A stretch of DNA of 62,906 bases, filler included, from Octopus bimaculoides (Eukaryota), in assembly GCF_001194135.2 (NCBI RefSeq). It is 7 parts of 6 records of this genome, joined end to end, with 100 filler letters (N's around TTAATTAATTAA, not from the genome) between each part and the next. Parts side by side here need not be neighbours in the genome. Positions count along the whole stretch, not along the records: positions 26,847 to 40,880 come from NC_068985.1; positions 40,981 to 45,943 come from NC_069005.1; positions 46,044 to 49,400 come from NC_068983.1; positions 49,501 to 51,526 come from NW_026318737.1; positions 51,627 to 58,100 come from NC_068982.1; 2 more parts are not named here. One strand, written 5' to 3'. The notes under the pieces are model-generated. The model saw only the letters and a list, made by a program, of their open reading frames with translations, was not told the DNA's origin and ran no database searches. Positions 40,205 through 53,039 of this stretch are shown in pieces. Each line of letters opens with the position of its first letter. Position 1 is the first letter of the stretch. Both the position numbers and the translations under genes were made by a program.

Positions 40205-40870
40205 TGTAACTTTACATCTTAAATGCCACATTTTTTGTTTTGCATTTATTATCGACAGAACATGAATTTTGATTAGAACAATTGCAGAGATTATTTTGTA
40301 TATTTTGCTTAGATTTCATATTAATTTGATTGTTAGAGGCAAAACCAAATTTGTTTTTCCTAAATTCTTTATTATTATTTACATTTTCATATAATGTTAT
40401 ATTACTTCTCTTTCTTGAGGAATTCTTATTGGATTCAATGTCATTTATTTTATTAAACAGGGTTGTTTGCTGTTTCATGATGGTTATGTTTGCAGCGTTT
40501 CTTTCTATACAAGTTTTCTTATTCAGTTTGACATTGTTTAGATCAGGGGTTTTCAAACTTTTTGACTTGCGGACCCCTTTATATTTCAGGCTTTACCTTA
40601 CATAAATATTTGCTTAAAATAACATATATTTTTACATTTATTTATTCAACAGTATTTAACAAATAGGTTTATTGTCAATTAAAAGATTTCGATTAAAAAA
40701 CATATATAAAATCAAATTGCCCATAAAAAGTATTTGCTGTCCACGGACCCCCTGTCTTGTCCTTGTGGACCCCCTGTGGTCCGCGGACCACAGTTTGAAA
40801 ACCCCTGGTTCAGATCATTATTGTTATTCTCAATATTTATTTTCCCACTGCGATCACAACATTTTTTTTT
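40205..40870 (-). mobile_element. Penelope-like fragment interrupted by a hAT MITE
   Basis: CNCSNQNSCSVDNKCKTKNV matches the Cys-rich linker before the GIY-YIG domain. Confidence 0.65.
40544..40807. mobile_element. Complete 264-nt hAT-type MITE with 8-nt target-site duplication
   Basis: Perfect 16-nt TIRs CAGGGGTTTTCAAACT / AGTTTGAAAACCCCTG; TSD GTTTAGAT / GTTCAGAT (one mismatch). Confidence 0.9.
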
Positions 40871-41448
40871 AATCTTCAAGNNNNNNNNNNNNNNNNNNNN
40901 NNNNNNNNNNNNNNNNNNNNNNNNTTAATTAATTAANNNNNNNNNNNNNNNNNNNNNNNNNNNNNNNNNNNNNNNNNNNNTGTAAGGTACCGCACGAGTG
41001 GAAATATATATGAAAGAAGGTTTGAAAATGCAATTTTAAAGATATTTATTCACTTGAACGGTTTCACGTTTTTAGAAAAAGATTGTCAAAAGTAAAATGT
41101 AAAGCTTTGTATGAGCTTTGTTGTGTTAAGTACTGGTTATCACAAAAGTATTAAAATACAGATATACATTCTTTGATAATTATAAGAAAATGTTTAAAAC
41201 AGTTTATAAGAAAGTATTTAAGAAAATAATCAGAACGGGACTCAATAAAGTATTTTGAGTTCAATAAAAATCATGTTTGCTTGGTAGTATATATATGAAT
41301 AATTCCAAGTGGCTTCCTGTTTTCCTATGTGTTCGTTCCGTTGTCTGTAGTTCATTGTTCTAACGTCCTGTACCCTGATATACATCTATACACACATGTA
41401 GATGTAAGTATATACATATATGTGTGTATACATGCATATATATTCTTT

Positions 41449-41545
<97 letters not shown>

Positions 41546-41555
41546 GGAGATAATG

Positions 41556-41588
<33 letters not shown>

Positions 41589-42919
41589 TAGCAAAACATA
41601 TATTAACGTATATGTGTGTGTGCGTGCGTGCGTGTGTGTATATACATATATATACACACGTATTTGAATACCTATACACACACAGAGATCTATATAGTAA
41701 ATATATGCGTTCATGTGTAGATTTATATATGTATGTATAGACGCATATATTTGTATGCATACACACATATATATACATACATTCATTTATCCAATATTAT
41801 CTTTCTTTCTATGTATGTATGTATGTATGTATGTATGTATGTATACATGTATGTATGTATGCATATATGTATCATTTACAATTTTAACTTTGATATTTCG
41901 CAGTAGTTTTAAGGAAAAGGTAAGAGATTCCTCATATCTTCTACGATTGGTATTTTGTAAAAGTTTACTCTATAGAAATTTTGTAAATTTTCGGTCTCAG
42001 ACAAATTTTAGAATTTGTCTTCGTATATTTGCTTTATATATATGCGGTGCAATAGACTCATACGCTAATTAAAACAAGTTATAAATATAAATTGATGCAT
42101 TATTTTAGAACTAGTGAAGCTCATAATTTTACCAACACGATTTTTCTGATTTTTGGTGTTTAGGAAATCTTTTTTTTTCATATTTGTATCTTAGAAACTC
42201 TATCATTATGAATTTTTAAAAAGAAAGCATTTAATTCTATATTTGTCGGACTTTCAGAATAGCTGTTTTACATAATTAGGAATTTCTCGAATTTTTTTGG
42301 CATCCTACATTTCATATATGTCCCATATTTGAAACTGCTCACGAGCGGAGTTTCTTTAAAATAAAACTTCTTAATCCATTCTTTTTCCCAAATATCTACC
42401 CACCCTCTCATCCTCACCACTGTTTGTTTTCTTTTTTGTGACTTTTCCTCATGTAACGCTCCACCTTTCGAAAGCACTTCTAATTTATATATTTACAGAA
42501 TAAAATTTGGGGAAAGCTATCATGTAAAATCAGAATTTATCGTTTTTCTTTCCCGTAATTTCAAGTTGAATGAAGAGGCGGAAGTATGAAATTTTCTCTC
42601 TAAAAATACATAATGTAATATGTATTTTCAATATATGTGTTTCAAAATGTGGAATGCTGTTACATTAAAGATATATTGTGCAACATACACAGAACAACCA
42701 AATGTAGTTCACAGTTGGAGGAATTCCTTTTACTAATCAATGAAAGTTTGTTTCTTGCCTATGTTTGCTTCGTCAAAGATTAACATTTGGTTCAAGAGTT
42801 GTTATTAGTGACACACCTTCGATGGTAAGTTGCCATCGCTTCTTCATCAGTTTATTGAAAATGTTATACCCAGTGTTTACACACATTGTAAATAACCTAG
42901 TTAGTAGATTTAACAAATA

Positions 42920-43520
42920 GTTGAGCACTGTTATCACAGCAGTAAATGAAATCAAGACGCATGCTCTCAATTACCCGTCTCGACAGCCCTGCATTGAAAA
43001 TGATAAAGATTTTGAACTATTGCTGTTGCATACAGAAGTTCAATGAATACTAATGGGAAACTTCCTGAAAGTTTCTATTCCATTTTTAAAACAGTTGTTG
43101 AAGAGTCTAATTCTGTTCTTTGTTATTACATCAAGCAGGACTCACAAAGCTCAGGGAAATTAATTAGCAACTGCAACTGCAAGAAAATGAGGTTGAACCG
43201 CATCAAGGTAAAATCAACTCTTTCCACGTTTATTCAAATGTAACATTAGCCGTTGTGAGTTCCTCCAGCTTCAGAGCCTTTCTGAATTGGAGAATGAAAA
43301 GTTCATACCAGAGGATGACATTCAAGTGTATTGTTCAGCCCTGGATGAGCTGCACAGAGGCGCTTTCACTTTAAAATGATATTGAGCCAAGGCCAAAGTT
43401 CAAACAATCGTATCAAAATTTTTCATTGCAAAATTTGTTCTACTTGGAAATCCTGAGTTGCTTGAGAGAGACATTGTGAATGAAGATGTCTGAGAGATGG
43501 ACAAACAAAACCAGATTGCT
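42920..43520 (+). mobile_element. hAT transposase remnant
   Basis: LSTVITAVNEIKTHAL..ENDKDFELLLLHTEV..DDIQVYCS. Confidence 0.8.
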
Positions 43521-43689
43521 GCACCATAACGCACGTTCTCATGTGTCACTCTTTATTGTAACTTTTTGATAAAGCACTCGTCACTTGGCTTTCCTACTAT
43601 CTGGATCTGATTTTATGTAGACTGTTTTGTCCCTAAAGTTGAAATACACCTTTTAAACTCGCTGATTTCAGATAATAAAAGAGATGGAA

Positions 43690-44800
43690 GAAAATTCGTT
43701 ACGAAAACTGAGGTTTACCCTTAAAATCATTCCAGAACGAGGTGCAAAATTGGTAAAAAGTCTAATACGAATAGAAAACTACTACAAAACAACTACAGTG
43801 GGCTTAGAAAATGCTTAAAAGCAAACAAATGGAAAAGGATTTGTGCAATAAAAACAAAAAACGAAGGAGTTGTTCTGTTTATGTAGGGAAACATTAAACT
43901 ACAAACTGGAAATTAATTGTAACGCAGAAAATACTTCGACAAAAACAAGGCAATAGTGAAGTTCCAAAGAAAGTGTAAAATCAAGCGAAATTACAAAATA
44001 TATCGCAGTAATATGGAAAAAGAAAACCCTCTTCATGGTCAATATTCCCCAAACTCGACAGAAGAGAAGCAAACTTAAGTGAAAAGTAGCAATGCTCAAA
44101 AGCTTTAACTTAAAGCAGAAAAAGATGACATGAGTTTTAGCTTTACAAAACTAATGCCTATCTTCAAACAGCAACAAAAATATAATAACGAAATAAGATG
44201 CAAACAACAAATTCACATTGTGCAACTATTACAATGAGATGGTTTACCACATAATTTCCAGCCGTTCAGTCTTTTCCAAGTATAGCCTATAGCTATATCT
44301 ATTAAGCAATATGCCCACAATTCAATGTGAAAATGGATATGAAGATGTATAAGTTCCGAATATGGTACATGGGAACGAAATTCGTTTGGATTTAATAATC
44401 AAGGATTGGAACGAAAATATTCTCTGATAGATATTTCGATTTCTTCTGACTAAAATGATGCTTGGAAGAAGGTATATATGCTGTCAAAGGGCAAGGATCT
44501 TAAAAATGAAACAAACAGGAATGTATGAAAATAAAAATAGTACCATTAAAATCAGGGCTTAAAACGCTGCGCACAATCTGTAAAATGACCATGATAGACT
44601 CGGCCCTCATCCTACGCAAGATACCTCCCTCTAAAAGCATTACTCAAACGGTACTCTCTCTTTACATCATACACAGCACATACACAATGACGAGCCATGA
44701 ACTAACTCACCTTACACAATATATATTCTACGGAATCCCCACCGAATAATCCACACAACATTACTCTAAAGCCACACGCTTCACATACACTTAATAAATA
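43690..44800 (+). mobile_element. Degenerate R4/Dong-like LINE 3' region
   Basis: IENYYKTTTVGL, LKAE, zinc-knuckle remnant, DLIIKD and DSALILRK motifs with many stops. Confidence 0.7.
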
Positions 44801-45271
44801 CCCGACAGTATAACTAACACAACTCACATTGTATACTGTTGCCGTATAATACAATAAGGCGGCGAGCTGGCAGGGTCGTTACTGCGACAGACAAAATGCT
44901 CAGCGGATTTTCTTCCAACTTTACGTTCTGAGTTTCAATGCCACCGGTTCGATATAAAAAATAAGTTTCAGTTGAGCCATGGAGTTCATGTTAACGACTT
45001 ACATCTCTCCTGAAATTGCTGGCCTTGAGCCAAAATTTGAAATCAATAATATAACGCAATCCACATTCCACTAAAGCCCTTCAAAATACCATCACCTCCA
45101 CACCAAAACACACCACCTGCCTTATACCAACCAGCATCTCCACGCTATACTTTCATACACTCCACTCTACGCTGCCTCAAACACTCCACTGTGCAGTACC
45201 CCACGTCACCGCAACCACCTTGCATTACCACCACCATCACCACCGCCACCGCCGCCGCCAATGTTACTTAC

Positions 45272-45431
45272 AAACAGTGAGCAGCTGTGATGACGTAGGA
45301 CGGACTGATTAGTGTTCCACCACACATTCTATAACCCATCATATAGGTTCTGTAGATTTTCAGGAATACAAGTGATGGCATTTCACAGAACAACGCTGGA
45401 TCTCCCTCTACTATCTGAGTTCTTGGTGGTG
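45272..45431 (-). CDS. Internal exon of an S1 (trypsin/chymotrypsin-family) serine protease: end of propeptide, mature N-terminus and His57 motif
   Basis: Translates (phase 1 in, phase 2 out) as xPPRTQ-IVEGDPALFCEMPSLVFLKIYRTYMMGYRMCGGTLISPSYVITAAHC. Acceptor tttttatacAG and donor GTAAGT flank it. The phase-2 intron right after TAAHC is the classic S1 position. Confidence 0.92.
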
Positions 45432-45841
45432 CTGTATAAAAATATAACATAAAAAAGTATTGATAGATATGTAGATACATAAGTATATTAGCATATATGT
45501 AAATGCAAATAAACAAAAAGAATGACATCATAGTAATATTGGTTGAAAAGCAAAGTAGACCTCAGCGGAATTTGACATCAGAACGTAAAGACAGAGAAAA
45601 TGCCGTTAAGTATTTTGTCTGGTGTGCCTGCGAGTCTGTCTGCTTGCCGACTGTATATATAATAGCAATATAACAGCTCTTCTAAGGCGGCGAACTAGCA
45701 GAATTACACGCACACACATATGTACACAGTATTATACATCCATTTCAGCCGGTATACAAATCGCTTTCGCATACGAGTTAAGGGAGAACTTATAACGGCC
45801 TCTACTGACAAATATAAGAGTACCTACTTTTTGTGACTTAC

Positions 45842-45882
45842 GAATTCTTAGGCAACTTACCCTTTGATATATGCATATGTTT
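45842..45882 (-). CDS. Candidate micro-exon (22 nt or 41 nt) upstream of the protease exon
   Basis: Acceptor ttctcctattctgcttAG followed by two GTAAGT donors (exon ends 45861 or 45842). The 41-nt form gives xNICIYQRVSCLRIP joined to PPRTQ-IVEG. Confidence 0.25.
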
Positions 45883-45897
45883 CTAAGCAGAATAGGA

Positions 45898-45941
<44 letters not shown>

Positions 45942-46043
45942 CTNNNNNNNNNNNNNNNNNNNNNNNNNNNNNNNNNNNNNNNNNNNNTTAATTAATTAAN
46001 NNNNNNNNNNNNNNNNNNNNNNNNNNNNNNNNNNNNNNNNNNN

Positions 46044-46102
<59 letters not shown>

Positions 46103-46256
46103 CTCAAATAATTTTATTGCCAATGACTTCGAAGTTAATCTGTGTGTCTTCGACAGAATACAATTTGTAAATCTTGTACCGTTTAATTCATGAGCGTTTC
46201 TGCGGATGGTCGGATTTGGTACGAAGTAGGGACGTTTGACAGTAGTATTGAAAATA

Positions 46257-46393
46257 TTAAAAATTATTATTTTCAGTAATAGAAATAACTTCTACTATCC
46301 CAAATGAATGCCAAACACCATAGAAAACCCCTTGTATACAGGCGATACAATTTGAGGAACCAGCTTCATATGGCGTAACTTCAAAATCACTAT
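46257..46393 (-). CDS. Candidate exon (terminal-type) of unknown protein just upstream of the protease exon
   Basis: Acceptor gcctttatAG; open frame (D)SDFEVTPYEAGSSNCIACIQGVFYGVWHSFGIVEVISITENNNF*; AATAAA on the minus strand at 46113-46118. Confidence 0.3.
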
Positions 46394-46488
46394 CTATAAA
46401 GGCATCAAAAATGTTTAGAGCATATATGCTTATATAAACATGCATGCATACATACATAGATTCATTCATATATACATACATACATACA

Positions 46489-46519
<31 letters not shown>

Positions 46520-47321
46520 CCAATGAAGGAACCTTGGATCTAGGTTAGAAACCGGCTCATTCTCAATTGGCAAGAAATCTTGAAATAAAACTGTATAATG
46601 ACATACACGCATGCGTGCGCACACATGTATACTCACACACATACCCGTACACACGTATACACATATGTATGTATATACAAACACGTACACACGCGTACAC
46701 ATACACGTACACACGCGTACACATACACGTACACACGTAGAATTTACACAAAATGGAGTTTAGTTTAGCCATAAACAAAGAGGAATTCCAATGTAATACC
46801 AGATTGTGTTGAACTGCGATCGTGTGATCTGTCTACCGGTAGCTAAATGGCTACTAAAATAGTGATCATGAAATACGAGTGGAAATAAACAAAATTAACT
46901 GTCCAACAAGGTGTTTATATGTATTACTTTGTTGAGTCATATAGTTTACACAGTGTTGTGCTTGTGTAGATGTATGTATATATATGTATGCATACGTACA
47001 TACATACGTGTATATATATATATATATATACACGTACATTTGTGCATACGTAGATGTGTGTGTATTTTGCATATTCTCGATTAAAAGCAAACAAACACGC
47101 CCACATGATCAAAGCACTTGATGCATGTTAAGGCGTAGAGATAATATTTTTATTATTTGGATGTTTCGTTCAGCGGTTCAGTGATCTGTTTCAACGATGT
47201 TACTTTCGTCAGAAGTGATAACACTCGTTATGTTGGCAAAGGAAGGAAAACGCATATCGCAAAAAACCCGTATATTGGTTTATATACACAAATTATATAC
47301 ATACATACACAAATTATATCC

Positions 47322-47364
<43 letters not shown>

Positions 47365-47384
47365 CATACATACTTACATACGTA

Positions 47385-47850
47385 CATAGAGAAGAGAAAC
47401 TGTGTACAGTTGTGGAAATCTGCTGTCCACACCTATGCTGAACTATTAAAGAATATACAGCCGCTCTATCCAGTTTATAAGTCCAGATTTATATCTGTAA
47501 TTATTGGGCACTGGGATATGTAGCACACTGCATAAATACCGGTCTTGAGAAATTAGGCTTCTCAAAACCAGAAAGGAGAAAGCTGATTCGAAGACTACTG
47601 ATCCAATCCATCACTGGAACTATAAAAATCTGCAAAACTTTCTAGAAGTTTATCATTTAATTGTATGAGCATGTCTAGATGTGCAACTATATGTATGAAA
47701 AGACATGCATAAAACAAAACATGCAAATCTGCTTATATACATAAATACATACATACGAAAATTCTCTGTTTATGTTGTTGAATTCCAATGGAGGAGTCTT
47801 GGTTCTAGGTTAGAAACCGGCTTTTTAATGACAAGAAATCTTGAAATAAA
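47385..47850 (+). mobile_element. REL-endonuclease LINE 3' end plus 3'UTR; a solo copy of the same 3' terminus is at about 46520-46592
   Basis: VVEICCP..VIIGALGYV..GLEKLGF..IQSITGTIKICKTF. Shared terminus CTAGGTTAGAAACCGGCT...CAAGAAATCTTGAAATAAAA at both sites. Confidence 0.8.
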
Positions 47851-47892
47851 ACCTAATAATGACACACACACATTTACATATACATTCATATA

Positions 47893-47924
<32 letters not shown>

Positions 47925-48802
47925 TATGTGTTGAAAAATGTGAAATAGTGCTACCACAGTTCACAGAAATATTTTAGTAGTTGCGACGAGAACTTTTGTG
48001 CATTGATCCTCTGTGAAATAATGAATGAGAACGAAGTGTTACATTCGATAAAGGTAAAGGTACAAAACGCTAAATTAACAGTTGTAAATTGTAAATGTTC
48101 GTGTCAATAGATTATTGAAGATTCTATTCTTAAACCGATATAGTGAAGGTGTTTTACTTTCAACAAATATTTCCATAGAAACTGCTAATGTGTACTATGA
48201 ACACTTACTGAAGGATATTTTGTTCGCTTTAATTAATCGGATCAATGTAATTAATGCACGTTTCATGTGTTTGAATAATCATTTTCAAACTTCGTCTTCA
48301 GAACGCCAGTTGAATTTAGTTCATTGTGCTATCTTTTAATTTAAATGAAGTCGCAATTTCCTGTTGTGGTTGAGAAAATACGTTATGGATTCGTTATGGA
48401 AGAAAAGCAAAGATCTGAAGGAAAAAGAAGATATATTTTACTGTGGAGAAAGTTAGAAACTCAGAAATATATATTTAATATAAATTGTAACTGTGGCACT
48501 AATTAAATTTGCTAACAGAATACGTAGTATATACAAAAGCACTGGTGTATACAAGACAAAATATATTGTATTAAAAAACTCTATATTGATGAACGGGAGA
48601 TAGGAAGTATGATATTTAAATCTTTCCAAAGTGCAGCAGTTGCGTAAATGGAGAACAATATTTTAAAGGAAAAAGACGAACAAATATTGATTGAATAATA
48701 ACGGAATTGTCTATTTGATTGTCATCCCTAGATGCAGGAAAAGCCAATCCTAGACCTAAATTCTGAGCGAGACTACATATAAGTCAATATGAATGCGTAC
48801 AT

Positions 48803-49020
48803 AAGGCGGTGAGCTGGCAGACTAGTAAGCACGTCGGGTAAAATGCTTAGCGTTATTTCGTCCGTCTTTATGTTCTGAGTTCAAATTGCACCGAGGTCGA
48901 CCTTGCCTTTCATCCTTTACTGATCGATAAAATAAGTACCAGTTGAACACTGAGGTCGATGTCATCGACTTCACTCTTCCCTCAAAATTGCTGGCCTTGT
49001 ACCAAAATCTGAAATCAATA
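48803..49020 (+). mobile_element. tRNA-derived SINE (family B). Other copies: 18345-18745 +, 39885-40185 -, 44856-45050 +, 45540-45700 -, 52672-52868 +, 53675-53872 +, 58790-59012 -
   Basis: AAGGCGGTGAGCTGGCAGA...TTCTGAGTTCAAATT...GAGGTCGAC...GGCCTTGTGCC consensus in all copies. Confidence 0.85.
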
Positions 49021-49120
49021 TGAATGTGTACATTCAATGTTAACGAATCTGGAGGCCAATCACCTCTGAATTAGTTATGTGACTGAACCGTAAGTATGTA
49101 CATGCACTCGTACAAAAATA

Positions 49121-49169
<49 letters not shown>

Positions 49170-49914
49170 CTATGGACGGACGGTAGACGTGTCGGCTCCG
49201 TAAGTTTTGCCTTTTTCATGTTTTAAAAAGTTTGTTTGTAAAGTTTATTTTATATACAAAGTTGTATAACAACTTGTAGACTCTCTGGTGCAAGTTTTTT
49301 GCGACGGAAATCTGCCCTGTGTGGCACATTTCCAGGATATAAAAAACAATTTCGGCTTTCTAGCCATTTTTTTTTGAGACGATGGCGTCTTGTAGCCATG
49401 NNNNNNNNNNNNNNNNNNNNNNNNNNNNNNNNNNNNNNNNNNNNTTAATTAATTAANNNNNNNNNNNNNNNNNNNNNNNNNNNNNNNNNNNNNNNNNNNN
49501 TTCTTCTTCTTCTTCTTCTTCTTCTTCTTCTTCTTCTTCTTCTTCGTCAATCTAAAATTAGTCAACATTTGCAATAACACCGGCCTTAACAACAACAACA
49601 GCCACAACAGCAGCAGCTAGAACTACACTAGCAACTAAAATGACACCGCCGACAATAACAATATCATCAACAGCATCAACAACAACAACAACGTTATTAT
49701 CCCCCACTTAAACAAAAACAAAAGAGATAACAAATAATGCATCAATATCGACCCCACCACCAAAAAAAACCCATTCCGTAACAACAGCATCAGAGGCGTC
49801 AATAAGAATTACAAGGCTATGTACAAATCGAGCCCTGAACAACAAAAATAACAACGAGTTCGAACAATATTAGACCGACTTATTTCCATCGTTGTTGTCA
49901 TCGAATCGTCGCTG

Positions 49915-49984
<70 letters not shown>

Positions 49985-51333
49985 CATTGTCGTCATTGTC
50001 GTCGTCATGATCATCATCATCACCGCCTTGTTCGAACTTCATAACCATTCGGACATGCTGCGTTCNNNNNNNNNNNNNNNNNNNNNNNNNNNNNNNNNNN
50101 NNNNNNNNNNNNNNNNNNNNNNNNNNNNNNNNNNNNNNNNNNNNNNNNNNNNNNNNNNNNNNNNNNNNNNNNNNNNNNNNNNNNNNNNNNNNNNNNNNNN
50201 NNNNNNNNNNNNNNNNNNNNNNNNNNNNNNNNNNNNNNNNNNNNNNNNNNNNNNNNNNNNNNNNNNNNNNNNNNNNNNNNNNNNNNNNNNNNNNNNNNNN
50301 NNNNNNNNNNNNNNNNNNNNNNNNNNNNNNNNNNNNNNNNNNNNNNNNNNNNNNNNNNNNNNNNNNNNNNNNNNNNNNNNNNNNNNNNNNNNNNNNNNNN
50401 NNNNNNNNNNNNNNNNNNNNNNNNNNNNNNNNNNNNNNNNNNNNNNNNNNNNNNNNNNNNNNNNNNNNNNNNNNNNNNNNNNNNNNNNNNNNNNNNNNNN
50501 NNNNNNNNNNNNNNNNNNNNNNNNNNNNNNNNNNNNNNNNNNNNNNNNNNNNNNNNNNNNNNNNNNNNNNNNNNNNNNNNNNNNNNNNNNNNNNNNNNNN
50601 NNNNNNNNNNNNNNNNNNNNNNNNNNNNNNNNNNNNNNNNNNNNNNNNNNNNNNNNNNNNNNNNNNNNNNNNNNNNNNNNNNNNNNNNNNNNNNNNNNNN
50701 NNNNNNNNNNNNNNNNNNNNNNNNNNNNNNNNNNNNNNNNNNNNNNNNNNNNNNNNNNNNNNNNNNNNNNNNNNNNNNNNNNNNNNNNNNNNNNNNNNNN
50801 NNNNNNNNNNNNNNNNNNNNNNNNNNNNNNNNNNNNNNNNNNNNNNNNNNNNNNNNNNNNNNNNNNNNNNNNTATATATATATATATATATATGTATATA
50901 CGACGGGCTTCTTCCAGTTTCCGTCTACCAAATTCACTCACATGGCTTATGTCGGCCCGAGGCTATAGTAGAAGACACTTACTCAAGGTGCCACGCGGTG
51001 GGACTGAACCCGAAACCATGTGGTTGGGAAGCAAGCTTCTTACCACGCAGCCACGCCTGCGCCTCTATGCTGAAGTTTACTAAATTCCTCTCATTAACAA
51101 AGACGATGCTACAGTAAAAGACAATTCCGAGTATGCCAGGCAGTAGAACCGAACCCTGAACAACGTGGCTGCAAAGCGAACTTCTGCACCACACGACCTT
51201 GCCTAGGCCTCATCGTAATTTAGAATTATATTCTCTAATCACTCTTTTCCAAAAATTGAGACATCTGTCGTTCATCATTGTTTGACAAGTCCTTGCTAAC
51301 GAGATTTGGTTCTAATCGATAAAGCATGCATAC

Positions 51334-51423
51334 CACTGATTCTCATATCTGATAGGACATCAGTGGACTTTGAATGAGATGAAGCAGACGACCAACTAAC
51401 AGGCGGAATAAGTTCATTCAACG
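51334..51423 (-). CDS. Candidate 90-nt phase 1-1 exon, possibly part of the protease pro-region
   Basis: Acceptor tagtttccatAG, donor G|GTATGC, open frame xLNELIPPVSWSSASSHSKSTDVLSDMRIS. Phase-compatible with the protease exon. No homology recognised. Confidence 0.3.
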
Positions 51424-51792
51424 CTATGGAAACTAAGTTACCCAAATTCACTCAGATATGCAGTTTTGCTTGGCTGTGCATGTATACATGTATGTATGTA
51501 TGTATGTATGTATGTATGTATGCATGNNNNNNNNNNNNNNNNNNNNNNNNNNNNNNNNNNNNNNNNNNNNTTAATTAATTAANNNNNNNNNNNNNNNNNN
51601 NNNNNNNNNNNNNNNNNNNNNNNNNNTATATATATATATATATAAAGAGACACATAGAGAGATAGAGAGACAGTCGGAGACAGTCGGAGACAGTCGGAGA
51701 CAGAGAGGGAGAGGGAGATACATAGAGAGACAGGCAGACAGACAAATAGACATAACGGAGATAGAACTGTAAGGAATATTGTCATTGTCATT

Positions 51793-51829
<37 letters not shown>

Positions 51830-53039
51830 CCCTCATCATCATCATCATCATCATCATCATTACTTAACGTCCATTGTTTATGCTGGTATAGGTTGGCGGT
51901 TTGACTAGGTCTGGCTAGGCAAAAGACTGCACCAGGCTTCAGTGTCTGTTTTGAAAAAGGTTTTTACGGCTGGATGCCCTTCTTGACACCAACCTTCTTA
52001 CAGACTGGCCTTAGGTATTTAGAGCCGTGCCGTTTCTTACCGAAATAAAATCTCACCGAGATGGGGCTTACACTTAACCGTTCTCAGGTCGACGAGCTAA
52101 GTGCCAGACATATGTCAAGATCGATATATTCGATAATAACACTTTGTTACATATTAACNNNNNNNNNNNNNNNNNNNNNNNNNNNNNNNNNNNNNNNNNN
52201 NNNNNNNNNNNNNNNNNNNNNNNNNNNNNNNNNNNNNNNNNNNNNNNNNNNNNNNNNNNNNNNNNNNNNNNNNNNNNNNNNNNNNNNNNNNNNNNNNNNN
52301 NNNNNNNNNNNNNNNNNNNNNNNNNNNNNNNNNNNNNNNNNNNNNNNNNNNNNNNNNNNNNNNNNNNNNNNNNNNNNNNNNNNNNNNNNNNNNNNNNNNN
52401 NNNNNNNNNNNNNNNNNNNNNNNNNNNNNNNNNNNNNNNNNNNNNNNNNNNNNNNNNNNNNNNNNNNNNNNNNNNNNNNNNNNNNNNNNNNNNNNNNNNN
52501 NNNNNNNNNNNNNNNNNNNNNNNNNNNNNNNNNNNNNNNNNNNNNNNNNNNNNNNNNNNNNNNNNNNNNNNNNNNNNNNNNNNNNNNNNNNNAATGCTTT
52601 GATTCACATTGTAAAATAGTCAGCCCGTTCTTTATTATTAAACCTCAGGCTTTGCAGAGATTAATTTGTGACTACGGGCACGCCGGGCGAAATGCTTAGC
52701 GGAATTTCGTCTGTCTTTACGTTCTGAGTTCAAATTCCGGCGAGGTCGACTTTACCTTTCATCTTTTCGGGGTCGATAAATTAAGTACTAGTTGCGTACT
52801 GGAGTCGATCTAATCGACTGAAGCCCTCCCCAAAAATTTCGGGCCTTGTGCCTAGAGTAGAAAAGAATTTGTAGCTACGGATGTTCGTAACTCTGGCACG
52901 ATTTACATACATGCATGCATGCATGTATACCTAGCTAGCTAGCTAGCTAGCTAGCTAGCTAGCTACCTACCTACCTACCTATCTACGTACGTACATACAT
53001 ACATACATACATACATACATACATGCTTACATACATGTG

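Noticed and set aside
44280-44300. Minus-strand DIA codons as a possible Asp102 motif
   Set aside because: Antisense to a LINE remnant; context (IDIAIGYTW) is not S1-like.
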